Program-made: the position numbers and the translations under genes | Assembly (NCBI GenBank): GCA_965248355.1 | Contig: OZ252098.1 | Coordinates: 1,120,001 to 1,184,000 of the forward strand | Direction: 5' to 3' | DNA from: Candidatus Latescibacterota bacterium | GTDB lineage: Bacteria > Latescibacterota > UBA2968 > UBA8231 | DNA length: 64,000 nt | Shown: positions 16,456 through 26,758 of the stretch, piece after piece | Layout: every line of letters begins with the position of its first letter | Position numbering within the stretch: the first letter of the stretch is position 1 | Notes under the pieces: model-generated | Told to the model about the DNA's origin: nothing | Seen by the model: the letters and a program-made list of their open reading frames with translations, nothing else | Databases searched by the model: none

Positions 16456-17704
16456 CGGGGATGACGGCGTCCTTGGGCACCACGACAACGCCTTCCCGGA
16501 CGTAGTGCCCGTCGCCATCCGACTCCCGAACCCGCGCGTCGTTGCTGATGATGACGCCGCGGCCGATGCGCGCGTTCTTGTCGATGATGGCGCGGTGGAT
16601 GACGCTGCCGGCGCCGATGCCGATATCGGGCACGCCCCGGGCGCGGTTGCGGGCGTGGTCTGCCGTGGTCTCGTAGAGATCGGCGCCCATGACCACGGAC
16701 TGGAAGACGCGCGCCCCGGCCCCGACCTGGCTGCGCACACCGATGACGGACTGCTCGACCTCGGCTTCCCGGAGGGAGCATCCCTCCCCGACGATCACCC
16801 GGTCCATGCGGCAGTCGACCAGGCGAGAGCCGGCGAGGTACCTCGGGTGGGTGAAGATCGGCGCGTCGGGCTGATGGAACTGGAAGGCCGGCTCGAGGTC
16901 GGTGAGGCGGATGTTGGCCCGGTAGAAGGCGGAGATCGTCCCGATGTCCTCCCAGTACCCGTCGAAGGTATGGGCGAAGACGCTCAGTTTCTCGATCGCC
17001 GCCGGGATCAGGTGCCGGCCGAAGTCGTCCTCCTCGATGCCCAGCAGCAGGCTGGTCAGCACCTGCGGCTCGAACAGGTAGATCCCCATGGAGGCGAGGA
17101 AGCGCGCCTCCGGGTCGGCGCCGGGCGCCTCGGGCAGCTCCAGCTCGTCGAGCTCGGCGTCCGTTCGCGGCTTTTCGCGGAAGGCGATGATGCGGGATTC
17201 CTCGTCCACCTGCAGGATCCCGAGGGACGAGGCCTGCTCGCGCCGCACCGGCTTCACGGCGATGGAGACGTCCGCCGAGCGCCGGCGGTGCTCGTCCACG
17301 AAGGCGTGGTAGTCCATGCGGTAGAGGTGGTCGCCGGAGAGGATCAGGATCTCGTGGCCCTGGCGGGCGTGGATGCGCCGCAGCTGCTTGCGGACGGCGT
17401 CGGCCGTGCCCTGGTACCAGTCCGTGTCGTCCATGGTCTGCTCCGCCGCGAGGATCTCGACGAAGCCTCCGAAGAAGCTGTCGAACCGGTAGGTGGCGCT
17501 CACGTGACGGTTCAGGGAAGCGGAGTTGAACTGGGTGAGGACGAAGATCTTGTCGATGCCGGAGTGGATGCAGTTGCTGATGGGGATATCGATCAGCCGG
17601 TACTTGCCGCCAATGGGCACTGCGGGCTTGGAGCGGTACCGGGTCAGCGGGAACAGGCGGGTCCCCCGTCCCCCGCCCAGGATCACGCCGATGACGTTGC
17701 GCAT
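16439..17704 (-). CDS. glgC: Glucose-1-phosphate adenylyltransferase (ADP-glucose pyrophosphorylase)
   Basis: GGGRGTRLFPLT, RSKPAVPIGGKYRLIDIP, WYQGTADAV, SGDHLY, ASMGIY, YWEDIGT; true start at 17704 within the longer ORF. Confidence 0.95.
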   Translation of the reverse strand: MRNVIGVILGGGRGTRLFPLTRYRSKPAVPIGGKYRLIDIPISNCIHSGIDKIFVLTQFNSASLNRHVSATYRFDSFFGGFVEILAAEQTMDDTDWYQGTADAVRKQLRRIHARQGHEILILSGDHLYRMDYHAFVDEHRRRSADVSIAVKPVRREQASSLGILQVDEESRIIAFREKPRTDAELDELELPEAPGADPEARFLASMGIYLFEPQVLTSLLLGIEEDDFGRHLIPAAIEKLSVFAHTFDGYWEDIGTISAFYRANIRLTDLEPAFQFHQPDAPIFTHPRYLAGSRLVDCRMDRVIVGEGCSLREAEVEQSVIGVRSQVGAGARVFQSVVMGADLYETTADHARNRARGVPDIGIGAGSVIHRAIIDKNARIGRGVIISNDARVRESDGDGHYVREGVVVVPKDAVIPDGARI

Positions 17705-17922
17705 ACCGCTTGCGGCTCCTACTGCCAGGATCCGGGGGCGGGCGAACCGTCGTCCGCCCGGAGAGGAATCAGGGCGCGCCTGGTGCGATCCCGACCTGCC
17801 GGTGCGGCCCCTGCGAATGAAGGACGCCCTAAGCTGTCCCTCGCCGCAGGTAAGCGCAAGCGTCGAGGAAGCCCGTCGGCACCACGGCCACCGGAAGGAG
17901 CCTTCGGTGCGGCCGCCGGGCC

Positions 17923-19190
17923 CTAGGCGGTCCAGCGCAGCAGCACCTCGGCCACTCCGAAATAGATGATGAGGGACAGGACGTCGTTGAGGGTGGTGAT
18001 CAGGGGGCCGGAGGCCACGGCGGGATCGATGCCCGTGGCCCGGAAGGAGAGGGGGATGACCGCACCGATCACCGCCGACAGCAGGACGGCGGCGAACATG
18101 GCGAGGCCGGCAGGAAGCCACCGCCGATCCGTCCGTCCACAGGTAGGCCACCGTGAAGACGATGGCGCCGAGGAACAGCCCCATGCCCGAGGCGACCCGG
18201 AGCTCTCGCCCAAGGGCCTGTCCGACCCGGCCGCGGTGCAGCGCCCCCGTGGCCAGGGCGCGCACGGTGACCGTCGAGGTCTGGATTCCGGAGTTCCCGC
18301 CCATGGCCATGATGGCGGGCACGAACAGCACCAGCGGGCTGAAGGCCGCCAGCACCCCCGAGAACAGATCGAGGACACCGCCCGTGAGCAGTGTTCCCGC
18401 GAGGCAGAGCATCAGCCACGGGAGGCGCTGGCGGGCGACGCCGAGGGCCGAGGGATCCTCCATCTCCCGCGAGCTGGTGGCCGCCATCTTGAGCTTGTCC
18501 TCGGTGGCTTCGTCGTGGATGACGTCGACGATGTCGTCCACCGTCACCTGGCCGATGAGCTCGTCCCGCTCGTCCACCACGGGCAGGGCCAGCAGATCGT
18601 AGTCGGCGAAAATAGCGGCGATCTCCTCCTGGTCCATGTCCGCCCGGACCGGTGATCGGCTCTCGGTCCGCCAGCAGCATGCGGCGCAGGGAGACCGTCC
18701 CCACCAGGCGGTGATGCTCATCGACGACGAAGACGGTGAGGATCTCCTCTTCCTCCGCCCAGGCGCGCAGGAGATCGACGGCCTGGGAGACGGTGACCTC
18801 CTGCCGGACCGACCGGGCATGTCGGCCAGCACGTCGTCGGCGGCGTCGGGCGGCATCTCCCCCACGAGACCGGCCAGGGCCTGCTCGTCGAGAGCCCCCG
18901 TCTACCGCGCCGCCGTCACCGCGTCGAGCTCGGACATCACCTTCGCCGACAGCCCCTCCGCCAGCAGGCCCATGCAGCGGCGGCCGGATTCCTCCTCCAG
19001 GGCCCTCAGCAGCTTGGCCAGATCGGCCGCGTGCTGGTCATTCAGGACAAGGCGCAGCGTGGTTTCGTCCCCCGCGGCCAGGGCCTCGCGGGTGGCCTCG
19101 AGAAGGACTTCGCGCCGCGCCTGCAACCCCCCTTGTTCGAGGATTTCCCGTCCTTCCTTCGACTCGGCCTTGATTCTCTCCGTCCACCTC
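17923..19190 (-). pseudogene. mgtE: Degraded magnesium transporter MgtE
   Basis: MgtE segments spread over several frames: QHAADLA (N-domain), EMPPDAADDVL, CBS YDLLALPVVD...VTVDDIVDVI, RLPWL, MGGNSGIQT, IDPAVASGPLITTLND; stops, frameshifts and missing segments. Confidence 0.85.
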
Positions 19191-19330
19191 CCGGAATCGG
19201 TTGCGCAGCCCGCTGAATATACGGTTCGAGGATCGCCGGCCATTGCCGCTGCGCATCCCCGCTTCTACACTCCGGAGGCGGAGAGCTGACGATGGGGGCT
19301 GGTGAACTCCATGGAAGGGCAGGGCAGGAC

Positions 19331-20074
19331 ATGACGGCGGCAAGACTGGCGGGACACACGGCGCTCGTCACCGGCGGGGCCCGCGGGATCGGACGGGCGA
19401 TCTGCGAGCGCTTCGCCGCCGAGGGGGCCCGGGTGGCCCTGGCCGACATCGACGAAGAAGGAGCGCGGCGCACCGCCCTCGAGATCGGCGCCGGCTCGGT
19501 GGCCCTGGCCATGGACGTGGCCGACCCGGAGTCCTGCCAACGCGGGGTGCGGCAGGCCATCGAAGCCCTCGGGGCTCTCGACGTGCTCGTCAACAACGCC
19601 GGATACGTTCACTACACGACCGCCTTCGACTGCACCGAGGCCGACTGGGACCGTATGGTGGACATCAACCTGAAGGGACCCTTCTTCTGCGCCCAGGCGG
19701 TGCTGCCGCACATGCGCGACCGGCGGCGGGGCGTCATCCTCAACCTCTCCTCGCTGGCCGCCAAGACCGGAGGCGTGGCCGCGGCGCCCCCCTACGGAGC
19801 CGCCAAGGCCGGGGTCAGCGCCCTCACCGTGCACCTGGCGGCGGTGATGGCCCCGTACGGCGTTCGCGTCAACGCCCTGGCTCCCGGCGTCATCGACACC
19901 GAGTTGACCCGCGGCCTGTCCGGCGACCACGCCGAGCTGGCCCGGCGAATCCCCCTCGGGGCCAAGGGCCGCGCCGAGGACGTGGCCAACTTGGCCCTGT
20001 TCCTGGCCTCCGACGAGGCCCGCCACATCACCGGAGAGATCGTCGACATCAACGGCGGTCTGTGGATGGACTGA
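19331..20074 (+). CDS. Short-chain dehydrogenase/reductase (FabG-like)
   Basis: TGGARGIG, NNAG, YGAAK, NALAPG. Confidence 0.9.
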   Translation: MTAARLAGHTALVTGGARGIGRAICERFAAEGARVALADIDEEGARRTALEIGAGSVALAMDVADPESCQRGVRQAIEALGALDVLVNNAGYVHYTTAFDCTEADWDRMVDINLKGPFFCAQAVLPHMRDRRRGVILNLSSLAAKTGGVAAAPPYGAAKAGVSALTVHLAAVMAPYGVRVNALAPGVIDTELTRGLSGDHAELARRIPLGAKGRAEDVANLALFLASDEARHITGEIVDINGGLWMD

Positions 20075-20080
20075 CGGGAG

Positions 20081-21022
20081 ATGAAGGGAATCGTGCTGGC
20101 CGGCGGTCACGGCACCCGCCTCGTGCCGCTGACGCAGGTGGTGTGCAAGCAGCTTCTTCCGGTCTACGACAAGCCCATGATCTGCTACCCCCTGTCGATC
20201 CTCATGCTGGGGGGGATCCGCCAGATCTGCATCATCTCCACACCCCGCGACCTGCCGATCATCCGCGGGTTCCTCGGCGACGGCCGCTCACTGGGCGTGG
20301 AGTTCACCTACGTGGAGCAGCCTCGGCCCGAGGGCATCGCCCAGGCCTTCCTGCTGGCCGAGGACTTCATCGGCGGCGACCCGGTGACCCTGGTCCTCGG
20401 CGACAACGTGTTCTACGGGGACTTCTTCTACGGCGACGAGGGATTCCGGCGCGCCGTGCGCGACTTCGCGGGAGGAGGGCTGATCTTCGGCTACTACGTC
20501 GGGAATCCCCAGGACTTCGGCGTCATCGAGTTCGACGCCGCCGGCGAGGTCGTGGGCATCGAGGAGAAACCGCAACAACCCAGATCGAACTACGCCGTGC
20601 CGGGTCTGTACGTGTACGACGCCGGCGTGGTCGATGTCGTGCGCGGCCTCGAGCCGTCGGGCCGGGGAGAGCTGGAGATCACCGACGTGAACCGGAACTA
20701 CCTGCAGCGCGGCAGCCTGCGCGTCGAGCGCCTGGGGCGCGGAATCGCCTGGCTCGACACCGGAACCCCGGGGAGCCTGCAGGAGGCCAGCAGCTTCGTC
20801 GAGGCCATCGAGAAGCGCCAGGGGCTGAAGATCGCCTGCCTGGAGGAGATCGCCTTCGACCAGGGCTTCGTGGACCGCGCCGGGTTCCAGGCCCTCATCT
20901 CGGGCTTCCCGCAGGCCCCCTCCGAGTGCGATTACCGGGAGTACCTCGAGATGGTTCTGGCCCAGAAGGAGCCGGCCGTCCAGGCCGGCTGGGCGCGAAC
21001 GAAGGCCGCAGGCCCCCGCTAG
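20081..21022 (+). CDS. rfbA: Glucose-1-phosphate thymidylyltransferase
   Basis: MKGIVLAGGHGTRL, KQLLPVYDKPMI, LGDNVFYG, EEKP, GELEITD, WLDTGT. Confidence 0.93.
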   Translation: MKGIVLAGGHGTRLVPLTQVVCKQLLPVYDKPMICYPLSILMLGGIRQICIISTPRDLPIIRGFLGDGRSLGVEFTYVEQPRPEGIAQAFLLAEDFIGGDPVTLVLGDNVFYGDFFYGDEGFRRAVRDFAGGGLIFGYYVGNPQDFGVIEFDAAGEVVGIEEKPQQPRSNYAVPGLYVYDAGVVDVVRGLEPSGRGELEITDVNRNYLQRGSLRVERLGRGIAWLDTGTPGSLQEASSFVEAIEKRQGLKIACLEEIAFDQGFVDRAGFQALISGFPQAPSECDYREYLEMVLAQKEPAVQAGWARTKAAGPR

Positions 21023-22150
21023 TGTCGCGTCCGACAAATGAGTTGTAAAAACAGAGTCAAGGCCTTATCTTCAGGCCATGGCCCGCCCGGTGTCCCGCCT
21101 TGAGTTGACCGCGTCCGAGCGACAGGAGTTGGAGCGTCGCGTCAGGGCCCCCTCCGCGTCCCAGCGCGACAGCCTGCGCGCGGCCATCGTCCTGCGCCGG
21201 GCCGAAGGGATCAAGCAGGTGCAGGTGGCCGCCGAGTTGGGCGCCAGTGTGGCGTGTGTGAACAAGTGGTCGCAACGCTTTGATCGCGAGGGTTTGGCGG
21301 GACTGAACGACGCCAAGGGCCGGGGCCGGCCGGCGAGCTTGCCGGCGGACAAGGTCGAGCAGGTCCTCACCGCGGTCACGCAGCCGCCGAAGCCGCGCAC
21401 GCGCTGGAGCGTGCGCTCGATGGGGAAGGCCAACGACATCAAGCCCCATTTGACCAAGACCTTCAAGGTCTCCACGGACCCGCACTTCGAGGAAAAATTC
21501 TGGGACGTGATCGGGCTCTACCTGGATCCCCCCGAGCGCGCGCTGGTGCTGTGCTGTGACGAGAAGAGCCAGTGCCAGGCGCTGGAACGGACCCAGCCGG
21601 GCTTGCCGCTGGGGATCGGCGACATCCGCACCCGGACCCACGATTACAAGCGCCACGGTACGATCACCTTGTTCGCCGCGCTCAACTACCTCGACGGCAA
21701 GCTCATCGCGCGTCTGGAGGCGCGTCATACCCACGTCGAATGGCTCCGCTTTCTCAAGCAGATCGACCGCGAGACGCCCAAGAACCTGTCGCTGCACCTG
21801 ATCGTGGACAACGCCGGCCCCCACAAGGAGGAGAGCGTGCAGCATTGGTTGTCTCGGCATCGGCGCTTCCATGTCCATTTCACCCCCACCAGTTCCTCCT
21901 GGATGAACTTGGTCGAACGGTTCTTCGGCGAGCTGACGCAGGATGTGATTCGGGACGGCAGCTTTGCCAGCGTCGGGGAGTTGGTGCGCGACATCGAAGC
22001 CTACTTGGCGCAGCGGAACTTGGCCCCCAAACCCTACCGCTGGAAGGCCGACGGCGAGACCATCCTGCGCAAGATCCAGCGCGCTCGGGAGACGGTGGCG
22101 GCGACATCGGACAGCCCTTGTTGATTCTTCTTAATTCTCGGACGGGACAC
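21022..22150 (+). mobile_element. IS630-family insertion sequence, about 1129 bp
   Basis: Imperfect terminal inverted repeats GTGTCGCGTCCGACAAATGAG / revcomp GTGTCCCGTCCGAGAATTAAG, flanked by TA at 21020-21021 and 22151-22152 in a CTAG target. Confidence 0.92.
21078..22124 (+). CDS. IS630 transposase
   Basis: N-terminal HTH, DDE motifs CCDEKSQ, IVDNA, SSWMNLVERFF; YKRHGT. Confidence 0.93.
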   Translation: MARPVSRLELTASERQELERRVRAPSASQRDSLRAAIVLRRAEGIKQVQVAAELGASVACVNKWSQRFDREGLAGLNDAKGRGRPASLPADKVEQVLTAVTQPPKPRTRWSVRSMGKANDIKPHLTKTFKVSTDPHFEEKFWDVIGLYLDPPERALVLCCDEKSQCQALERTQPGLPLGIGDIRTRTHDYKRHGTITLFAALNYLDGKLIARLEARHTHVEWLRFLKQIDRETPKNLSLHLIVDNAGPHKEESVQHWLSRHRRFHVHFTPTSSSWMNLVERFFGELTQDVIRDGSFASVGELVRDIEAYLAQRNLAPKPYRWKADGETILRKIQRARETVAATSDSPC

Positions 22151-22154
22151 TAGC

Positions 22155-22990
22155 TCAGGCCCGGGACCCGGCGAGCTCGCCCAGCAGGCGCCCGTACTCC
22201 GACTCCCCGCCTTCCTCCCACGCCGTCAGCAGGGCGGAGCCGACGATGCCGATCTCCACCCGGCCGTGCAGGGCCCGCAGGTCCTCCCCGCCCCGGAGCC
22301 CGAAGCCGAGAGCCAGCGGCAGCCGGGTGGCGCCGCGGCAGGCGTCCAGGAACCGGTAGAGCTCGTCCTGAAGCTGGGTGCGCTGTCCGGTGACCCCCTT
22401 GCGGGCCAGGGCGTAGACAAAGCCCCGGGCCCTCCGGCCGAGCTCGGAAAGGCGGCTGGAGGTGTTCGTCGGAGTCATCAGCAGGATCGGGTCGAGCCCG
22501 TGGTGAGCCCCGAGGTCGAACAAGTCGCCGTATTCCTCGTATGGGAGGTCCGGCAGGATGAAGCCCGAACCGCCCGCTGCCTGCAGGCGCTGGCAGAATT
22601 CGGCGTGGCCGGCGCGGAAGACGGTGTTGTAGTACCCCATGAACAGGCGGGGGAAGGCGGCCACCTGGTCCGCTTCGCGGAAGAAGTCGAAATAGGCTTC
22701 GAGGGGGAGGCCCCGCGAAAGGGCCTCCTGGTTGGCGCGCACGAAGGTGGGCCCGTCCGCCACCGGCTCGCTGAAGGGCATCTGCAGTTCCACCAGATCC
22801 ACGTCGTGCTCGGCCATTCGCCGCAGCATGGCGAGGTTGGCCTCCAGGGACGGATAGCCGACGATGAGGTGGGTCATCAGCAGGATCCGGCGGTCCCCCG
22901 CCGCCAGACGCGCGCGCACGTGGGCTTCCAGGCCGGCCGGAGCCCCCCTCCGCGGGTCCGCCGGGCCGAGCCCAGGCTCTGCAGCAGGCT

Positions 22991-22994
<4 letters not shown>
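22155..22994 (-). CDS. trpA: Tryptophan synthase alpha chain
   Basis: ELQMPFSEPVADGP, MGYYN, LPDLP, RKGVTG, LGFG, IVGSA; TTG start uncertain. Confidence 0.92.
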
Positions 22995-24280
<1,286 letters not shown>

Positions 24281-24290
24281 GGCGGCGGCC

Positions 24291-25649
24291 TCAATCGATG
24301 AGCTGGGCCCGCTTCAACGCCTCGAGCATGGTGGCGTTGCCGGGGGATTCCTCCTTCGTATGCTCCTGCCGCTCGGCGAACTCCCGCAGGTTTGCCTCCC
24401 CTTCCATCTGCTCCGCCCGTTTCATGGACAGGCGGAACCGCTGGCGCCGGTCGTCGATCTCGAGGATCGCCACCCTCACCTCCTGGCCGGACGAGAGGAC
24501 ATCGCGAGGATGGTTGACCCGCCGTTTCGACATCTCGGAGACGTGGATCAGGCCCTTCACGTTGGGCGCCAGCTCGACGAAGGCTCCGAAATCCTCGAGG
24601 GACTCGACCTTGCCGGTGACCACCGAGCCGGCCCGGAACCGCGCCCGGGCCTCGGTCCAGGGACTCTCCTCCAGCGCCTTCAGGCTCAGGGAGATCCGCT
24701 CCTTGCGGCGGTTGCCCAGGTCCTTGACCGCGATCACCTTGACCTTCACCTCCTGCCCCGGCTGCAGGACGTCCTGCGGATGGGCGACGCGCTCGTGCCG
24801 AAGCTCGGAGACGTGGATCAACCCTTCGACGCGGGCGCCGAGATCGACGAAAGCTCCGAAGTTCTCCAGCCGGGTCACCGAACCGGAGAGTTCCGCCCCT
24901 TCGGTGACGCGCTCGCGGACGGCGTCGGCATCCTTTGCCTGCTCCGTTTCCAGAAGGGCTCGGCGGGACAGGACGATGCTTCGGCCCCGGTCCCGGAAAC
25001 GGATGATCTTGAAGTCCATGGAGCGATGGCGGAACGACTCCAGGTCCCCGGTGAAGTCCGTGTCGATCTGGGAGACGGGACAGAAGGCTCGCAAGCCCTC
25101 CACGGAGATTCCGAGCCCCCACTTGTTGACGGCCATCACCGTGCCCTCCACGGGCCGGCCCGACTTGAAAGCCTTGTAGAGCATGTTGGACTGGCGCGCC
25201 TCACCGCTGGGATACCGGGACAGGACCACATCGCCGGAGTCACCGACGATGAACGCTTCGATCGGATCCCCGGGCTGGAAGGCGGTTCCGCCGTCCTCCC
25301 CCTTGAGCTCGTCGACGGGGATCACTCCCTCGCTGCGGCCCCCGAAGTCGACGAAGGCCTCCTCGTCCCCGATGCGAACGACGACGCCGCTGATCCGGTC
25401 GCCCGCCTTCACCTCCTGGGCCCCGCCCCCATCGTCCTGGCCTTCCACCAGGGTCGCCATGTCGGCCCCGGGGGGGGCGGTACCGGCAGGAGAGCCGGAC
25501 TCGGCCGGTGCGGAGTCCTCCGGCGGCGACCCCGGCGTGGCCGAGGAAGGAGCCTCACCGGAGGGAGCCGGGAGGGCTCCCTCCGCCTTGTCCGGATCCG
25601 GAGCGCGGGGCTCGCCGCTCAGGTCACTGCTCGGGGGGCTGCCCGACAT
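24291..25649 (-). CDS. Ribosomal protein S1-like protein with four S1 domains (likely rpsA paralog)
   Basis: Four S1 repeats (e.g. FGAFVDLG..EGLIHVSEL, FGAFVEL..KGLIHVSEM); Pro/Ser/Ala-rich N-terminal extension; alternative start at 25460. Confidence 0.85.
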   Translation of the reverse strand: MSGSPPSSDLSGEPRAPDPDKAEGALPAPSGEAPSSATPGSPPEDSAPAESGSPAGTAPPGADMATLVEGQDDGGGAQEVKAGDRISGVVVRIGDEEAFVDFGGRSEGVIPVDELKGEDGGTAFQPGDPIEAFIVGDSGDVVLSRYPSGEARQSNMLYKAFKSGRPVEGTVMAVNKWGLGISVEGLRAFCPVSQIDTDFTGDLESFRHRSMDFKIIRFRDRGRSIVLSRRALLETEQAKDADAVRERVTEGAELSGSVTRLENFGAFVDLGARVEGLIHVSELRHERVAHPQDVLQPGQEVKVKVIAVKDLGNRRKERISLSLKALEESPWTEARARFRAGSVVTGKVESLEDFGAFVELAPNVKGLIHVSEMSKRRVNHPRDVLSSGQEVRVAILEIDDRRQRFRLSMKRAEQMEGEANLREFAERQEHTKEESPGNATMLEALKRAQLID

Positions 25650-25684
25650 GTCGTCCTATCTCCTGGTTCGGTGACCGCGCGCCG

Positions 25685-26653
25685 TCAGGGGAGCAGCAGG
25701 ACCTTGCCCGTCGTCTTGCGCCCCTCCAGGGCCCGATGGGCCTCGGAGGCGGAGGCCAACTCGTAGCGGGCTCCGACACGGACGTCGAGCCGGCCCTGCG
25801 CGGACCAACCCAGCACCTCTCCGGCGCGCTCGAGCAGCTCCTGCCGCGTCAGGGTGTAGTGGACCATGGTCGGCCGCGTCAGGAAGAGCGACCCCTTCCG
25901 GCTGAGAACCTGGGGATCGATGGGGGGCACCGGACCGCTCGACTGTCCGAAGAGTACCATGGTGCCCCGGGGCTTGAGAGAGTCCAGTCCCTTGTCGAAG
26001 GTCGTCCGCCCCACCGAGTCGTAGACCACCTCCACGCCGGCGCCTCCGGTCAGGCGGTGCACCTCCTCCCCGAAGTCGGCCTCGGTGTAGCGGATGACCT
26101 CGTCGGCCCCGGCTGCGCGGGCCAGCTCCTCCTTCTCCGGCGTGGAGACGGTGGCCAGCACGCGGGCCCCTCTCATCTTGGCCATCTGCACCAGCAACAG
26201 CCCCACGCCGCCGGCCGCGGCATGGACCAGGGCCGTGTCCCCCGCCCGCAGGACGTACGAGCCGGTGGCCAGGTAGTGGGCGGTCATCCCCTGCAGGAGA
26301 AGGGCCGCCGCATCGTCGGCTCCCATGCCGTCGGGCAGGGCCACGACGCGGTCGGCGGGCACCGCCGCCAGCTCGGCGTAGGCGCCCAGGACGCCGGCGT
26401 AGCCGACCCGGTCTCCAACGGCTACCTCTTCCACCTCTTCCCCCACGGCGACCACGGATCCGGCTCCCTCCATGCCCGGCACGCAGGGGAGATCCACCGG
26501 GTAGTGGCCGGCGCGGTGATAGGTGTCGATGTAGTTGAGGCCGATCGCCTCGAGGCGAACCACGACCTCGCCGGGGCCGGCGGCGGGTTCCGGCGCCTGC
26601 TCGAAGGAGAGCACCTCGGGGCCGCCGTGCTCGTGAAAACGGATCGCCTTCAT
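25685..26653 (-). CDS. qor: NADPH:quinone oxidoreductase (zeta-crystallin/MDR family)
   Basis: GGPEVL, GLNYIDTYHRAGHY, HAAAGGVG, VYDSVG, GKVLL. Confidence 0.92.
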   Translation of the reverse strand: MKAIRFHEHGGPEVLSFEQAPEPAAGPGEVVVRLEAIGLNYIDTYHRAGHYPVDLPCVPGMEGAGSVVAVGEEVEEVAVGDRVGYAGVLGAYAELAAVPADRVVALPDGMGADDAAALLLQGMTAHYLATGSYVLRAGDTALVHAAAGGVGLLLVQMAKMRGARVLATVSTPEKEELARAAGADEVIRYTEADFGEEVHRLTGGAGVEVVYDSVGRTTFDKGLDSLKPRGTMVLFGQSSGPVPPIDPQVLSRKGSLFLTRPTMVHYTLTRQELLERAGEVLGWSAQGRLDVRVGARYELASASEAHRALEGRKTTGKVLLLP

Positions 26654-26758
26654 GGGCTGGGAAGGACCTGGGACATCGTTTCGTGGGAGGAAGTAGCCGC
26701 AGAGAAGAGTGTAAAGTTACGGGTGCCGGTCCGATTTGGGCAAGGATGACAGGTCCCG

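Noticed and set aside
16439..18865. Apparent MgtE-GlgC fusion (808 aa)
   Set aside because: Read-through produced by a frameshift in the mgtE pseudogene; glgC has its own ATG at 17704.
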